A stretch of DNA of 50,465 nt from Psammoneis japonica. Lineage: Eukaryota. This document shows positions 23,790 to 35,925 of this stretch, piece by piece. Every line of letters starts with the position of its first letter. Position 1 is the stretch's first letter. The translations under genes were made by a program, and so were the position numbers. The notes under the pieces are model-generated. The model did no database searches. It was not told where the DNA came from and saw only the letters and a program-made list of their open reading frames with translations. Where the stretch lies: assembly GCA_008632985.1 (NCBI GenBank), contig QPGO01000349.1:1-50465 (forward strand), given 5' to 3'.

Positions 23790-25248
23790 CTACACGGCAA
23801 ACGTTTTGCCAGACGTAGAGCTTCTCCCCCCCGACTTGGGGAGTAGACGCGATTTCTTCTTCCGATTCATGGCACCCGACGTCGCCTTCCTCTTCTTCTT
23901 CTTCTTCTCCGATTCGTCCAAGTTGCATCTGCAGAGAAATTCCTCCCCGGGCATGATTCGCTTCGTGACTGCCAAGCACCCGTTGTTGTAGAACTCGCAG
24001 TTGTTGTCCGCGTGTTGGCTTGCCTTGATCTTCTTCTTGTCCTTGAACGACTCGGTGGCATCATTCACGCAGTGCATTCGAGGTAGAGTGGATGGGAATT
24101 CTTGTTCCCTGGACCGCTAAAATCAAGCGGTTTTGGCTCCACTGTGATGCAGTGGCCCTCGCTGTCACGGATGGTGGAGCAGTGCACGCTGTGGTCTTCT
24201 CCAAACTTGCTGTCGTGGTCGTACCACGAGCAGCTCCTCGTCGTACCAGGCACCCTGGGGCCCACGTAGATTCCAACCGTGCTGCCTTTCTGGAACTGGC
24301 GCAAAGCAAAAAAACCAATGCCTGCGCCCCTCCATTGCGATGCGCGTAGCTCGCCCACCTCCACCTCCTTGGGGCCTGCGGAGCGAATGGACTTTTCGAG
24401 GCAAAACAACGCAGGTTAAGTGACACGGCGCCTCGTCCAAATGTGCACACTTCTGCACTTACTCTCTTCACGAGACAGACCAGTGCGAGCGACCACCCCG
24501 CTTCAAAAGCCTCGACGGCGGTCTTGAACACTTTGTTGCTCTTCGGCGTCGAGTCTGGGATGCCCCTCTCGCCGACTTCCGTTCGGCACCTCCACACCCA
24601 CTTGCAGTGTTCGCCATGAGCATTCGCGACGGCTTCAGGGTCGCTCCTGATGCACCCCAGTTCTCCCAGCACGGGGAACCAGAGGTCGGGATTGTTCGGT
24701 GCATCCTTCATAAGGCACATGGACTCCTGGAATTTATCGGATTTTTCGTGCCGCAACACCCAGCCACACAAGTCGAATGACGGATCGTTGGGGTCCGGAA
24801 ATTGCTTTCCTTCTTCTTCCTCTTCCGCCGTTGCTTTCGCGTCCACTTTGGCCGCGGGCTTGGCTGCCTCCTTGCTTTTGCCGCTGCAAAAAGACAGGAC
24901 CTCCGGTTTCACAAAGGTGGCCTGATCACCCACCAACTCGATCTTGTGACCGGCCTTGAGGAGCTGCTCGGCGGTGCAACCCAGCTGCTGTGCTTCATTC
25001 CAACCACAAATTTGAAAGGTTGGCTCCGGCGGCACGGCTTTCTCACTCTTTTCAGTTTGGGACTGCGCCGGCTTCTCCGACATCCTTGCGCATTCGGACT
25101 CGACGGACACACCCTCGGCACTTCCCTTGGTGCCAAGTGCAGTCATGGCAGCTGCCGCCACGCCTTCGGCGCCCGTGAGTTCTGCCATGACTTCCGGAGC
25201 TGCTGCATCCTCTGCTTTGCCAGACGCAACGATGTTGTCCTCCGCCAT
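23790..25248 (-). pseudogene. SET-domain lysine methyltransferase-like gene; intron 24462..24392, 1-bp deletion near 24080
   Basis: GAGIGFFALRQFQKGSTVGIYVG (SET-N), LYL(G)MHC(Y)VND...NNCEF and TKRIMPGEEFLCRC(Y)N (SET-C). A GTAAGT donor, CTTAAC branch site and AAAG acceptor splice exon 1 (ATG 25248) in frame. Lys-rich tail. Confidence 0.75.
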
Positions 25249-25761
25249 TCTAGCGCCGTGATGACAGAGCTGCACTCACTGCTGTGTGGTGTGCTGCTTT
25301 GTTCCAGCCATTGGCGATCCACATCCTTCTGCGCACGTAAACGTGTGACACTTCGCACCAAATTCCACGCAGCGCGTCTGCACCTGTCTACGTCCGTCTT
25401 CACCACTGCATGCACTGCGGCACTGCAGCGCACCCTTTCAAACCTTCATTGATGTTTATTTTTTCCTTCCTTTTCCTTTTCTCTTCTTCTTCTGTCTGGC
25501 TGGGAGGAACTGCTGCATGGCCGGACTTGTCCGTTGTGGCAAACAAAGAGTTAAGCCGGCAAGACACTCGAGAATGGCGCAGAAAGAAAAAATGTCAAAA
25601 GTTGTTGAATGGATTGCCTGATGATTGTGCTGCAAAATGACACAAAATTTTGACAACATCGTGCAGAAATGCACGTGCGCGACATGCGGCACAATTCAAA
25701 AAACTGTCGATGTCACAGCTCAGCAGTGCGAGGTCCCACCTGGACCTGGAGCGCATCGACA

Positions 25762-28720
25762 GGCACTGCAGAAGTTCCATGTGACTGAGACCAGCACGGC
25801 TGGCCATCATCATGCAAGTGACTCACTTTTCATGAAGGGTCAGCACAAGATGTGTGCAGCACCAACTGTGGTTGACTCCAAGCAAATGCTGAAGCATCAA
25901 CATGTTTTTTTGGATTTCTGGGTTTCCATTCTTCCAGATTTCCTGAATTTCCAGGTTTCCAGCCAAAGGGTGCATGGTGTTTGTCACTGCCTGGTGTCAG
26001 CGCACACACAAGAAGCAAGGAGACAAGGCAAGCCCATGCTTCATTCGGCTGCATGTTTTCATCAATGCAAAAGGAAACATTGTCTGTGATGTGTGCTTTC
26101 TTGTGCAACTCTGTTTCTCGTTTCTCCAGGAGAACTTTTGCAACTGCTCTGACCTTGTCACAAGGCATCTCAACAGAAAAAATTCCAAACAGTTTTTGTC
26201 TTTAAGAGATGAGAGTTTGTGAGGAACAAGATGAGTTGGCAGCTTGGCTTGACAATGAAGAGGGGCAACGATGTTGAGATTGCTGAGAAATGTGAAGAGG
26301 GACAACAGCTTTAAGAAGATGGCAGAGGACAAGTTCAGCAGAGCAACACTTTACAAGGTTGCCCATGATCTGAGAAATGTGCACAACATCTGTGACAGTC
26401 TCTTCCCACTCATGGCACCTGACAAAAACAAAGTTGTCTTTGAGAGCCTCGTTGACAAAAGGAGCATCTTGAATCTCTGAAAGTGGCGGAGATGCATGGA
26501 GATGGAGAACGATTGTGTGCATTGGTGCACAACAGCAAGTGCCAGCAGAAGTCCACCCCACCACCCGCCACATTGACCTTGGGATGAATTTTTTCCCAAT
26601 TGGAGAGAACGGTCGTTGACCGGTGGATCTTGAGATGCTTTCTGCTGCAGTCATTGTGCGGCCCACAGCCAACACAGTGGGAGCACTGGGGCCATTGGAT
26701 GTGCGCCAAAGCCAAAGCACAATCTCCTGCATTGTCAAGCAAATGACATCATCCTCAAGTTGAACATTGGCAGACATGCAGTCACGAAGATGTTGCCCAC
26801 ATTGAGCCAACTCCTCTGTTGTGATGCAAATTTGCCGCCATGCCAGGAAAAAGCCAACACTCAGGAAAGAAGCAAGGCCAGTTCTCTGTGAAAACTGCAG
26901 CTCAAACAACGAGAGTGACAAGTCAGCAACGTTTCCCACTTCCTTGCAGACAAAAGACAACTGGAGACACATTTCTGACTTCAGATGACAAGAATGAAGT
27001 GCGAGTTGCAAAAGTTCAAAGCTTTGGCACACTGGCTCATTCATCAAGGTGAGTGCTCAGGGTGGGAAAGACAGCTTTGCACAGAAAATGCAACAGTGCC
27101 GTCATTGCACTGCACCCAATGCAGGTTGATGCATCACCCCAAAACATTCACAAAACTTGAGAAACATGGATGGTCAACAAGCAAGTTTGCACAATGTTGG
27201 GTCTTGGGTCAAGGCAAAAGCTGGAAATGTCTCGGGAAATTGGCAGAAAAGCTGCTTGAGCATGCGGCAATTCTCACTTGACTTGATTGCACCGTGGTTC
27301 CAGAGCTTTTGTCATGATGTCATGACAACATTGAAGCTGCAAAGTGCTGCTTTTTGTCAAAGCAATGTGTCATTGCAAGCCCCGCAGCACTGCTGCTGCC
27401 ACCAACAAGCCCCAAATTGTGAGAAAATGATGCTGCAAACTTGGAGCAGCAAGAGAAGAAGATTGCTGGCAGCAGCCCTTGACAAAAGAAAGCTCTCTGG
27501 CTGTTGGAAGACATGCACAGAGAAGGCTTTTTGAAGCACCCACAAGCAGTTGTGGAGCCCTTTGCTGCAGCTTCAATGCTTTTGTCTTCCTTCTGTTGCA
27601 AACTCAGCTTGTTTTGCTGGGCAGCACAATGGGCACTCTGCCAAAATGGGAGTGTGTTGGGAGCATCATGCTTGAGAGAAACATCTCCACACATCTCACA
27701 CATGTGCCTTGCACGTCATGCAGGAATTCATCCATTGATCAACCAAGCAGACTTTGCAGCACAGGCAGGCATTTTGCTGCTGGAATTGTGCAAGTGTGCC
27801 TTCCTTGTGCAGATCATTTTGCAGCAGCCCATTGGCCCTTTTTGAATCATTGCTTCACAAACAAAAGACCACAAAATGACCCCACCGGAGTTTTTGCCAT
27901 TGCAGGGCAACAAAGAAAAGGCTTTTGTTGTCCTTGAGAAGTCAACAAGAAACTTGCCATTCTTGTGCCTCTTTTTCTTCTTCTTCTTGCTCTTGCAACA
28001 CAAATGGACAACACTTCTTTCCAAATTGAGCAATCCCCCCCAAGTTCTTGACAGGTCATCTGACTTCACTCTGTGAACTTGTTCTGTGAGGTTTCAAATT
28101 GTCTCCACTGACTCATGAATTGACACATGTTCCCCTGGTGCAAAAAATTTTTTTTGCCCAGAGCTCAAGTGCTTGGTTGGCTCTGGTGGATGTTTCTTTT
28201 TCTCCTTTGCAATTTTTTGGCTCATCGTTTTGAGCAGAGCCAGCGTTGCTTTCTTTCATTGGTGCTGCTCCACTCAATTTTTTGCACAACTTTGAACTCT
28301 CAACATTTGCTTTCACTTTCCAAGCAATTGCCAGTCTTTCTTTCTGCCAGGCCAGGAGAGCAAGATCCCCAAGTGTGTTGCTCCTTTTTTGTTGCAGTTG
28401 GCTCTGACTTGTGAAGACCATCATTGACTTGAGTTTCCAAAAAAAGAAAATGCGGCAAAGAAAATGGCACGGTGCTCTGGTTTGTCCCATGTGCAAGAAC
28501 AAAAAGTTGATGCTTGCAAACACTGTGCTTTTGGCGCTTCAATCTTTGTTCAAAACGAACAAAAAAATGCTGCCAGCAAGTTGGAGTTCTGTCATGAGCA
28601 AGCTCTTTGGAGAATGTGATCAACTCTCCATGCCACATTTGTGTGTGCTCATTGCCCAAGATGCTCCCACTTTGAAATTCTCGGAACAACACGGAAGAGA
28701 TTTGTCAGTGGCCTGACGCA
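25762..28720 (+). pseudogene. Heavily degraded coding sequence of unknown function, apparently continuing from ~5650-5840 across the nested insertion
   Basis: Removing the insertion gives ...WKTWLPAQDL*QALQKFHVTETS... with TGA probably from CGA. Several protein-like fragments follow (MAEDKFSRATLYKVAHDLRNV; IIDLSFQKKKMRQRKWHG). No family recognised. Confidence 0.35.
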
Positions 28721-28735
28721 GTTTCCTGAGAGATG

Positions 28736-28815
28736 TCCAAAACAAACAATTTCAACTCAGAGACTGGATGTGAGCTCCAAAACAAAACAATTTCAACTCA
28801 GAGACTGGATGTGAG
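28736..28815. repeat. ~40-bp tandem duplication
   Basis: TCCAAAACAAA(A)CAATTTCAACTCAGAGACTGGATGTGAG occurs twice. Confidence 0.9.
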
Positions 28816-29047
28816 TTCTGGCTGTCTTTGAGCAAGAACTCAAAAAGCAAAATGTTGACCTGTTTTAAAAATGAAAAGAAGCAGCCACTGACATCATGTC
28901 AACAGTGTGGGACATTTTTGCACACACACAACCACTTTTGTGGCTTCATTGTGCCTCTTCTTGACACTCAGAATGTTGGAAAATCCATGATGTGCATGAC
29001 TGCACTCAACAAATGCCAGAGACTGCAACTGCACAAAAAAAGAACAA

Positions 29048-29443
29048 GACGCACCCCAGCTCTGGGTGGGACCTCGCGCCACTGAATTGTGGCACAATTG
29101 GTTCTTGTCATCCGCCCCATGTTTTGTGCGCACATTTCTGCATGTTCCATCATAAAAAATTGCTCCACACTGCCTGTTTTGCAAAGCCAAAGGCTTTCTG
29201 TCATCTGCATTTGTGACAATGAAAATGCGCTGGGCACATTCTTCAATGTCTGAAGAATGTGCCCGGGCATGCTGCAAAGAATGCACTTTAAGTGTGGAGG
29301 AGGAGATGCGTTTGCAAAATTGCCTCTCATTCTGTTGGCAATCATCCATGTGTGCATTGCTTGACAATTTTGCTGTGGAGCTCGCATGCAGAATTCTGCG
29401 GGCCCAATGTCACAAAAAGTCCCACCCAGGACTGGAGCCATTC
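29048..29443 (+). mobile_element. MITE family B (same TIR type as A, different core), 396 bp
   Basis: GACGCACCCCAG...GGGTGGGAC / GTCCCACCC...CTGGAGCCATTC; TSD ACAA. Confidence 0.85.
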
Positions 29444-29559
29444 ACAATGAGAAAGTTGTTGAGTTGACAGCCTGATGATTGTTCTGCAAACTGGTGCAAA
29501 ATTGGACCAAAGTTGTGCAGAAATGTGCTTGACTTCTGTGCTGAAACATCAACGACATG

Positions 29560-30445
29560 TTCCAGCCATGCGTGACCCAAATCGTGCACAAAAACAACAT
29601 TTGCACAATTTTTGCATGGTCTCTGACTTGTGAACAATTTCTCTCCACCAAAAGCACAGATTTGCACACCAGTGTTGCAAAACATTGTTTTTGTGCTGTC
29701 CATGTTTTTCATTGCAACAAATGAGTCACAACACAATGGATGATTTTTGGCAAAAATGTTGCCGTCATTGGGGTGTCAAATTAATTTTTTTTTCTGCAGG
29801 AGACCTTCCAGCAGGCACTCTGCTTGCAAGCAAAAATGTGCGTCCAATGCACTGTCGTGCAATCAGCACTGAGTCTGCTGAGGAAGTTTGTGACACATGT
29901 CCCATGAGGACTTGAATGCCAAAACAAAACCCAAAGTCTAATTTAAAGTGCTGCTGCACTTCCACCCTGCAACTCCGGCAACAAGCCAACCCACACTCCC
30001 AATTCCAGCCATGCGTGACCCAAATCGTGCACAAAAACAACATTTGCACAATTTTTGCACGGTCTCTGACTTGTGAACAATTTCTCTCCACCAAAAGCAC
30101 AGATTTGCACACCAGTGTTGCAAAACATTGTTTTTGTGCTGTCCATGTTTTTCATTGCAACAAATGAGTCACAACACAATGGACAATTTTTGGCAAAAAT
30201 GTTGCCGTCATTGGGGTGTCAAATTAATTTTTTTTTCTGCAGGAGACCTTCCAGCAGGCACTCTGCTTGCAAGCAAAAATGTGCATCCAATGCACTGTCG
30301 TGCAATCAGCACTGAGTCTGCTGAGGAAGTTTGTGACACATGTCCCATGAGGACTTGAATGCCAAAACAAAACCCAAAGTCCAATTTAAAGTGCTGCTGC
30401 ACTTCCACCCTGCAACTCCGGCAACAAGCCAACCCACACTCCCAA
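29560..30445. repeat. 443-bp tandem duplication covering the 3' junction of the LINE
   Basis: TTCCAGCCATGCGTGACCCAAATC...CCACACTCCCAAT starts at 29560 and 30003; the two units are nearly identical. Confidence 0.95.
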
Positions 30446-33400
30446 TGCACCAGGTGAGGCAGGAGCACACAACAATTGGCCAAGATCAGCATCACCCGAG
30501 GGTGATGCCGCGCCAAAGCAGCTTGCGATGGTGTGCGTGCCTCTGACGGCCAGACGCCGGGCCTCTCGGATGCTCGACTCAAACACTGGCTTTGCCATGG
30601 CGAGCCAGTTTCGGAGTCTGTGGGTGGAATGAGTGAGATGTTCATCTGCTGAATCAAACAACTGTGCTCGGTCACGGGCCAAGTGCTCGTCTGCCCTTGA
30701 GCAAATTTCTTTGACCTCCGCCTCTGTGCCCCGTTGTTGCAAAGACTTTCTTGTCTCAGAATTGTGCCCGTGTGCTGCATCATCATGGGAGTCCCACAAT
30801 TCCCGCCATTGTGACCACACATGACTGCCAGTCATTGCCGCCCAGTCCAATCTTTTGTCTTCATCGGACAAGGAGCAATGCAAGCCAGAGGACACCAAGC
30901 ATGACGTTTGTGCCTCGTTCCACAAAGAAGAAAAACGCCTGCTGAAAATGTGACGCCAGCCAATGTCATCTTGAGATCGAAACAACTCTGTGATGCTGTG
31001 GTGGACGTGGGTGGAACAAAGCAATTCCTCGTTGAACCAACCTTCCAAGGCATGCAACAACAGGTCTCGCACAGACGGGGACATGTGCATGTCGTCGCAT
31101 TTCTTCCACAATCCTTGGAGAAACGTGCGCCGCCACGATTCATTGTGAGTGCAATGCAGAGTGTGATCCCTGTCTTCAAGGGGGTGTTGGCAATGTGCGC
31201 AGCAGTCGGGGCATGCAGGATTGTGTCTGTGGACAATCTTGTTCATCGGTGGCAAATCTTGGACCAATTTCACGGTGCTCATCTTTCGTCAGACATTGCA
31301 AGACATCAATTTGGAATGCACTCTCCAATCAATGGATTCGCACACTGAGTCAGACCATCCACACTTCTCCTTCATGTGTTGTGTCAAGGCTGGGCTGGAA
31401 GCTTCGCAACAGAGAACTGATTTAAACTTTGAGTTCACCGATGCCGACTGGACGTTTGGCAATGCAGAGCAATGGGGCATGCGGGGGGCCATTGAGGCAT
31501 CTCCAGTGCATTGACCCTGAAACAAACCTGCCAATTCGTCAGCTCCCTGATGGCTTTTAATCCACTTCATGTCAACGACATTGCTTGCAGAGTGTCCGTC
31601 ATGTTGGGCCTCCAAACTTGTCAATGAAACCAAGATCTCATGGACAACATCCCAGTCCAGTGCCAACGTGATGGCGACATGGTTCCGAAAATGAAAATCT
31701 TGTTGTCGTTGTGAATCAGACGTGCTCCAGCTCTGGGTGGGACCTCGCACTGCTGCACTGTGACATCAATGGTTTTTTGGATTGCGTTGCATGTCGCGCG
31801 CGCACATTTCTGCGTGTTTTGTTCTACGAAATTGTTTCATGGTCCCTGTTTTGCGAAGCCAAAGGCTTTCTATTTTCAACATTCATGAGAACAAAAATGC
31901 GCTGGGTGTGTTCTTTAATGTCTGCAGAACATGCATGGGCAAACTGTCAATTGTGTGCTGCAAGTGTGAAGGAGGAGATGCGTTCGTAAAATTGCCTCTT
32001 TTTCTGTTGGCGATCATTTGCATTTTCGTTGCAGCACAAATTTGCCACGGAGCTTGCACGTAGAATTCCATGGGCCCAATGTCACACGGAGTCCCACCTG
32101 GGACTGGAGCCCATCATCATCTGCGTCCAATGGAAGCGGTGGGGGAGAATGAAAGTTGGCAACATTGTGCACCACAGAGGAGTTGTCACAATGGGCGGCC
32201 ATGCCATGAGAAAAACAACAGTTGCAAAATTCCAGCACTCGAATGAGAAAGCATGGGACTGACAAGAAGCCGCGTGCTTCTGCTTGATGCAAGGACAGTC
32301 GGAATCCGAAGACCGGTCCAGCACAATCTGCAAGAATCACTCCATTGACCGCCAGCGTCCACCCAAAGGTGCCACTGGAATGCAACACAGAACCATCACT
32401 TCCCACTTCTGCTCGGAAGCGCCAAAGGGAACCCACCATTTCCAGTGCTGACACATGCATGGTGAGGTCACTGAACAGGGCAGAGACTCCCACAGTGACA
32501 AAGACATCAGCCATTCGCAGAAGTCCCCGAGGACAGGAGTTGTTGGGGTGGGTTGTGGTGGAGCGCACTCGCCATCTGCCATCTAGAGTCGTGTCCACCA
32601 TGACAGGTGATGCCAGTGGAGACAGGTCTGGAACTGTTTCTAACTGCTGCAGGGTTTCAGTGCAAGCATCCTTGACTGGAAACACTTGACAACCCGCTTC
32701 AGATCGGACACACAAAAACTCTTCGGAGGGCTCACAACAGGTGGGATGAAGCATGTGCATCTTGGAGGCAGGGACGGTCCATTGACCCAAAGGGGTTCAT
32801 GGGATGGAAGTGCCTTCATTGCACAAAAGAGCCATGGCTCGGCTCCATTGTTTCCAGGCGCGAGGTGACGGGCGTGCCTGTTTGACTGGATTGAGTGACG
32901 ACATGCTGCTCATGAGGGAAGTTTGCCCTTTCAACTTGAGTTTGTCCAAATGTCTGCCATCGGGAAGAGTGACGTCCGAGACAGTGAGCACTCGCAGGAA
33001 CAGCCTGCAACAATTCACCCACCGAATCTCTTTTTCAGAGAAAAGCCCAGACTCCAGTGCCGCATCCACAACATGTTGATCATTCTCTTGTCATGCAGGA
33101 AGGATGCCAGTGAAATCCAAATCGAAGTGTGCGTCAATGTGAGCAAGAAAGGACCTCATTGACACAAACCATTTGGACTCGGAGTGCGGGAGTTTGGTGC
33201 TCACATCTTTCAGAAAACTGGACCCTGTTCCAAGCTGGAGCTGTGTTCATGCCACTGCAATGCGGGACAAGGTGTGAGGTTGACCAGTGCCCCGCCAATG
33301 TCGAAGGAACTACAAACACCTCCTGAGGTGCACGGGCCGTGTGAAACATCCCGCTTGGTGTTGCGCTTACAACCACACTTTGCAAGTGTAGTTCGCATGG

Positions 33401-35458
33401 CCTTTTGTTGAATCTCAAGCAGTTCTTTTGGTTGGTGTGCACTCGGAAGGACACAAGCAGTGGAGGCCAGGCAGCATGCAAAGCAGTGAGTCCATGCCTC
33501 ATGACGGTCCAATGGGCACGACCAAAGAAACAGAGAAATGTTGTCACTTCTTGTTTTCAGTGCCTTGCACTGAGTCTTCTGAGTGCCTGCAGGAGATTTG
33601 CAATGGCCCAATGTCTTGTGGGAGGAGTGTGCTGAAAGTTGTGTGCTGTGTCATTTGGTGGATCTGTCAGCAGAGTGCACTTCGATGTCAATCTCATCAT
33701 TGTGCACCCAAAGGCATGGCTCGCCATCATCAGCAAAAAGCCATTCAATGGCATGAAATGAGCACTTTGGAAGCTCAAGCTCATGTCCTGCTGCATCCAG
33801 AAGGTTGCACCACAACTGATTGTCTTGCTGCATTCAAAACTGGGTCCAGCGCGTCTGGTTGGGGATCAGCACAGAAGGTGCTGACTTGATTTGAAGTGTC
33901 ATCAACACACCCTCTGGTGCACATCCGTGTTGAGACTTTCCGGTCGGGAGTTTCAAAGTGGGCTCCGTGAGCTTGACTGTCAAATGACCAAAACAAGCTG
34001 TTGCAAATCTGATTCCAACAGAAGGGTGAATTTCCACTGCCCTGGCCAGTGCCGCAGACAGGGAACTCGTCCGAGTGGGAGCAAGATGATGATGAGAGGC
34101 CAAGAGCTGTCTTCAACCAGCATCTTGCATCATGCAAAGCAGCGTTTGCCATCTGTGTTGCTGATTTGGGCATGCCATTGCTGCGGCTTTCAAGTGCTGT
34201 TAAGGCAGGAATGTTGCAATTGCAGCATGAAGCACAATTGCCATCACTGTGAATGGCAGTTTTCCGGGAGACTCCACTGGTCTCAAGCATGAGTTCCTCA
34301 AGGTGCACTGGAGTGTGGGCATTCAAAAAGGGGCGTGTCCCGCAGACACCTGGATTGCACAGACGACGGTGTTCCATGTTCTGTGCCAAGACTCTCCATT
34401 TCACACTGGATGTCAGTTGGAAATCTGCCTCACAGATGTGGATGACTTGGAGACGATGGATCTTGTTGTTGCCCGGCTCTTTGAAAATCATCACATTGAC
34501 AATGTCCTTCCACCTGTTGAACGAGCATCCCCAACACAGGGCACAGTTGAGCAAGTTCAAGCGGATCCGAGTCAACCATTGCTGAACTTTGTTCAAATGC
34601 TGACACTCAGGCGTGGGATCACCTTTGGGAGCAGTGGAGTCTGAATGAGAATGAGATGCATGCATTGCTTTCCAGTGTCCCAAATGAAGGCCCGAGAGCA
34701 TGGAAGTGGATGTGGTTTCCTTCCATGCCTTGAGTTTCCCCTTGAGATCAGATTCAGTCAGGAAGTTTGACACAGATGCTGGGGAATGTCTTCGGAGATG
34801 TTGGACAAAGAGAGCAGCAGCACTGTTGAGAGAGGATGTGTCATGCTCTCCATCTGAGACAAGGTCGGCCACAACCGTGTCACCTTTGCACCCGAGATCC
34901 ACAGAAAGGGGAGGAACTGCAGGAGGTGTGCCATGTGCCTGACCAAAGTGTCTCTGATTCCGAGAACACAATGCTGCAGAAACGTTGTCTGGGGCATCTG
35001 TCATGATCCAATCTTTGCACTCTTTTGGACCAGCAGCTGGGTTGCGAGGCACCTGAATGCTGTTGACACCTGCATCATGTTTTGCCTTGCACACATTGAT
35101 CTTGCGAAACAACCGAATGGTTTCTTCTGACTTCCGCATGTTCCGGACGAATTTTGCCAATTTGCGGGCGGCCGCTGCACCATCTGGGTCCAATTTGGCG
35201 ATCTTCTCTGCTGGCTCCTGTTCTCTTTGCTCAATGCTCTCCTTTGCAACTGCCTTGCATTCAGCCTGTGCCTTGCGCAAGGCGACTTGACATTCATGAA
35301 ATGTCGTTGGAATCAAGAATGAGCCCGTCAGCTTTGAACGCACCTGCTGGATCTGAGCAACGTGATCAAGACGGTTCCTCATCATGAAGAGAATGCGAGC
35401 GAAGATGCACAATCTGCAGCGGAGATCTGCTGACTTGACTGACCAGTCGGGTTCACAG
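30365..35458 (-). mobile_element. 5'-truncated, degraded non-LTR retrotransposon (RT + RNase H + C-terminal Cys/His finger), Ambal-like
   Basis: RT motifs SGLHLGHWK, RWKDIVNVMIFKEPG...IHRLQVIHICEAD, GTGQGSGNSP and GCVDDT (YVDD). RNase H motifs GSDGSV...GTFGW, QAEARG, HCDNSSVV and KWIKSHQ. C-terminal CAHC...EDRDHTLHC. Many stops and frameshifts. Confidence 0.85.
31719..32115 (+). mobile_element. MITE family B inserted in the LINE RNase H region
   Basis: GACGTGCTCCAG... / ...CTGGAGCCCATC; TSD ATCA. Confidence 0.9.
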
Positions 35459-35538
35459 TGGGATGTCAAATTAAATGTTTTTTTTCTGCAGGAGACCTTC
35501 CAGCAGGCACTCTGCTTGCAAGCAAAAATGTGCGTCCA

Positions 35539-35925
35539 GATGCGTTCCAGGTCTGGGTGGGACCTTGCACTGCTGAACTGTGACATCGACAGTTTTTTGA
35601 ATCTCGTCGTATGTCGCGCACGCAGAACTCTACGTGATTTTTTTATGTTTTGTGTCATTTTACGGCATGCTTGTTGAGCGATCCGTCCAAAAACTTTTGA
35701 CATTTTTTGTTGCAGCGTGATTCTACAATGTCTTGAGAATTGCGTGGGGCAGGTGCATTTGCAAAAACGTCAAGTGGCAAGAGGCACAATTGCGCCACAA
35801 ACGTGGCCGTTCATTTGATGTTGAAGATGAACACATCCATTTGTTGAGCTCGTGCTGCAGAGCTTGCACGTAGAATTCTGTGGGCCCAATGTCACACGGA
35901 GTCCCGCCTGGGGCTGGAACGCATC
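35539..35925 (+). mobile_element. MITE family A
   Basis: TSD TCCA. The empty site GTGCGTCCAATGCAC is visible in the paralogous repeat at ~29838. Confidence 0.95.

Larger units (their letters stand above)
6369..25550 (+). mobile_element. piggyBac-terminated unit of ~19.2 kb (includes two N gaps)
   Basis: TIRs CTCTTTGTTTGCCACAGCG (6369-6387) and CGTTGTGGCAAACAAAGAG (25532-25550), 18/19 match. TSD TTGA (6365-6368, from TTAA) and TTAA (25551-25554). A piggyBac transposase ORF begins ~480 bp inside the left TIR. Confidence 0.85.
6035..25559. mobile_element. ~340-bp PIF/Harbinger(Tourist)-like MITE (6035..6368 + 25555..25559) split by the piggyBac insertion
   Basis: Left TIR CCGGCCCAAAATCAATTCGGGGTTTTGCATGACA versus reconstructed right TIR (reverse complement) CCGGCTTAAAGTTAATTCGGGGTTTCGCGCGACA: 34 bp, all differences are transitions. 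3-bp TSD TAA (6032-6034) / CAA (25560-25562, TA->CA). Confidence 0.8.
5841..25757 (-). mobile_element. Split copy of the 390-bp MITE family A (halves 5841..6034 and 25563..25757) hosting a ~19.5-kb nested insertion
   Basis: The two halves are colinear with intact copies (e.g. 39379..39768) and sum to ~389 bp. TSD GACA at 5837-5840 and 25758-25761. The break falls at the internal TCTTAAGA site of intact copies. Confidence 0.9.

Noticed and set aside
11395..25453. Precise Helitron termini (A|TC at 25452 on minus; GCGCA hairpin near 11437)
   Set aside because: No CTRR|T 3' end could be matched, and the motifs are too short to be significant.
33781..35703. N-terminal ~100 aa of the 640-aa ORF (and C-terminal tail of ORF 20071..21054) as genuine protein
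   Set aside because: These segments are read-through into MITE or flanking repeat sequence.
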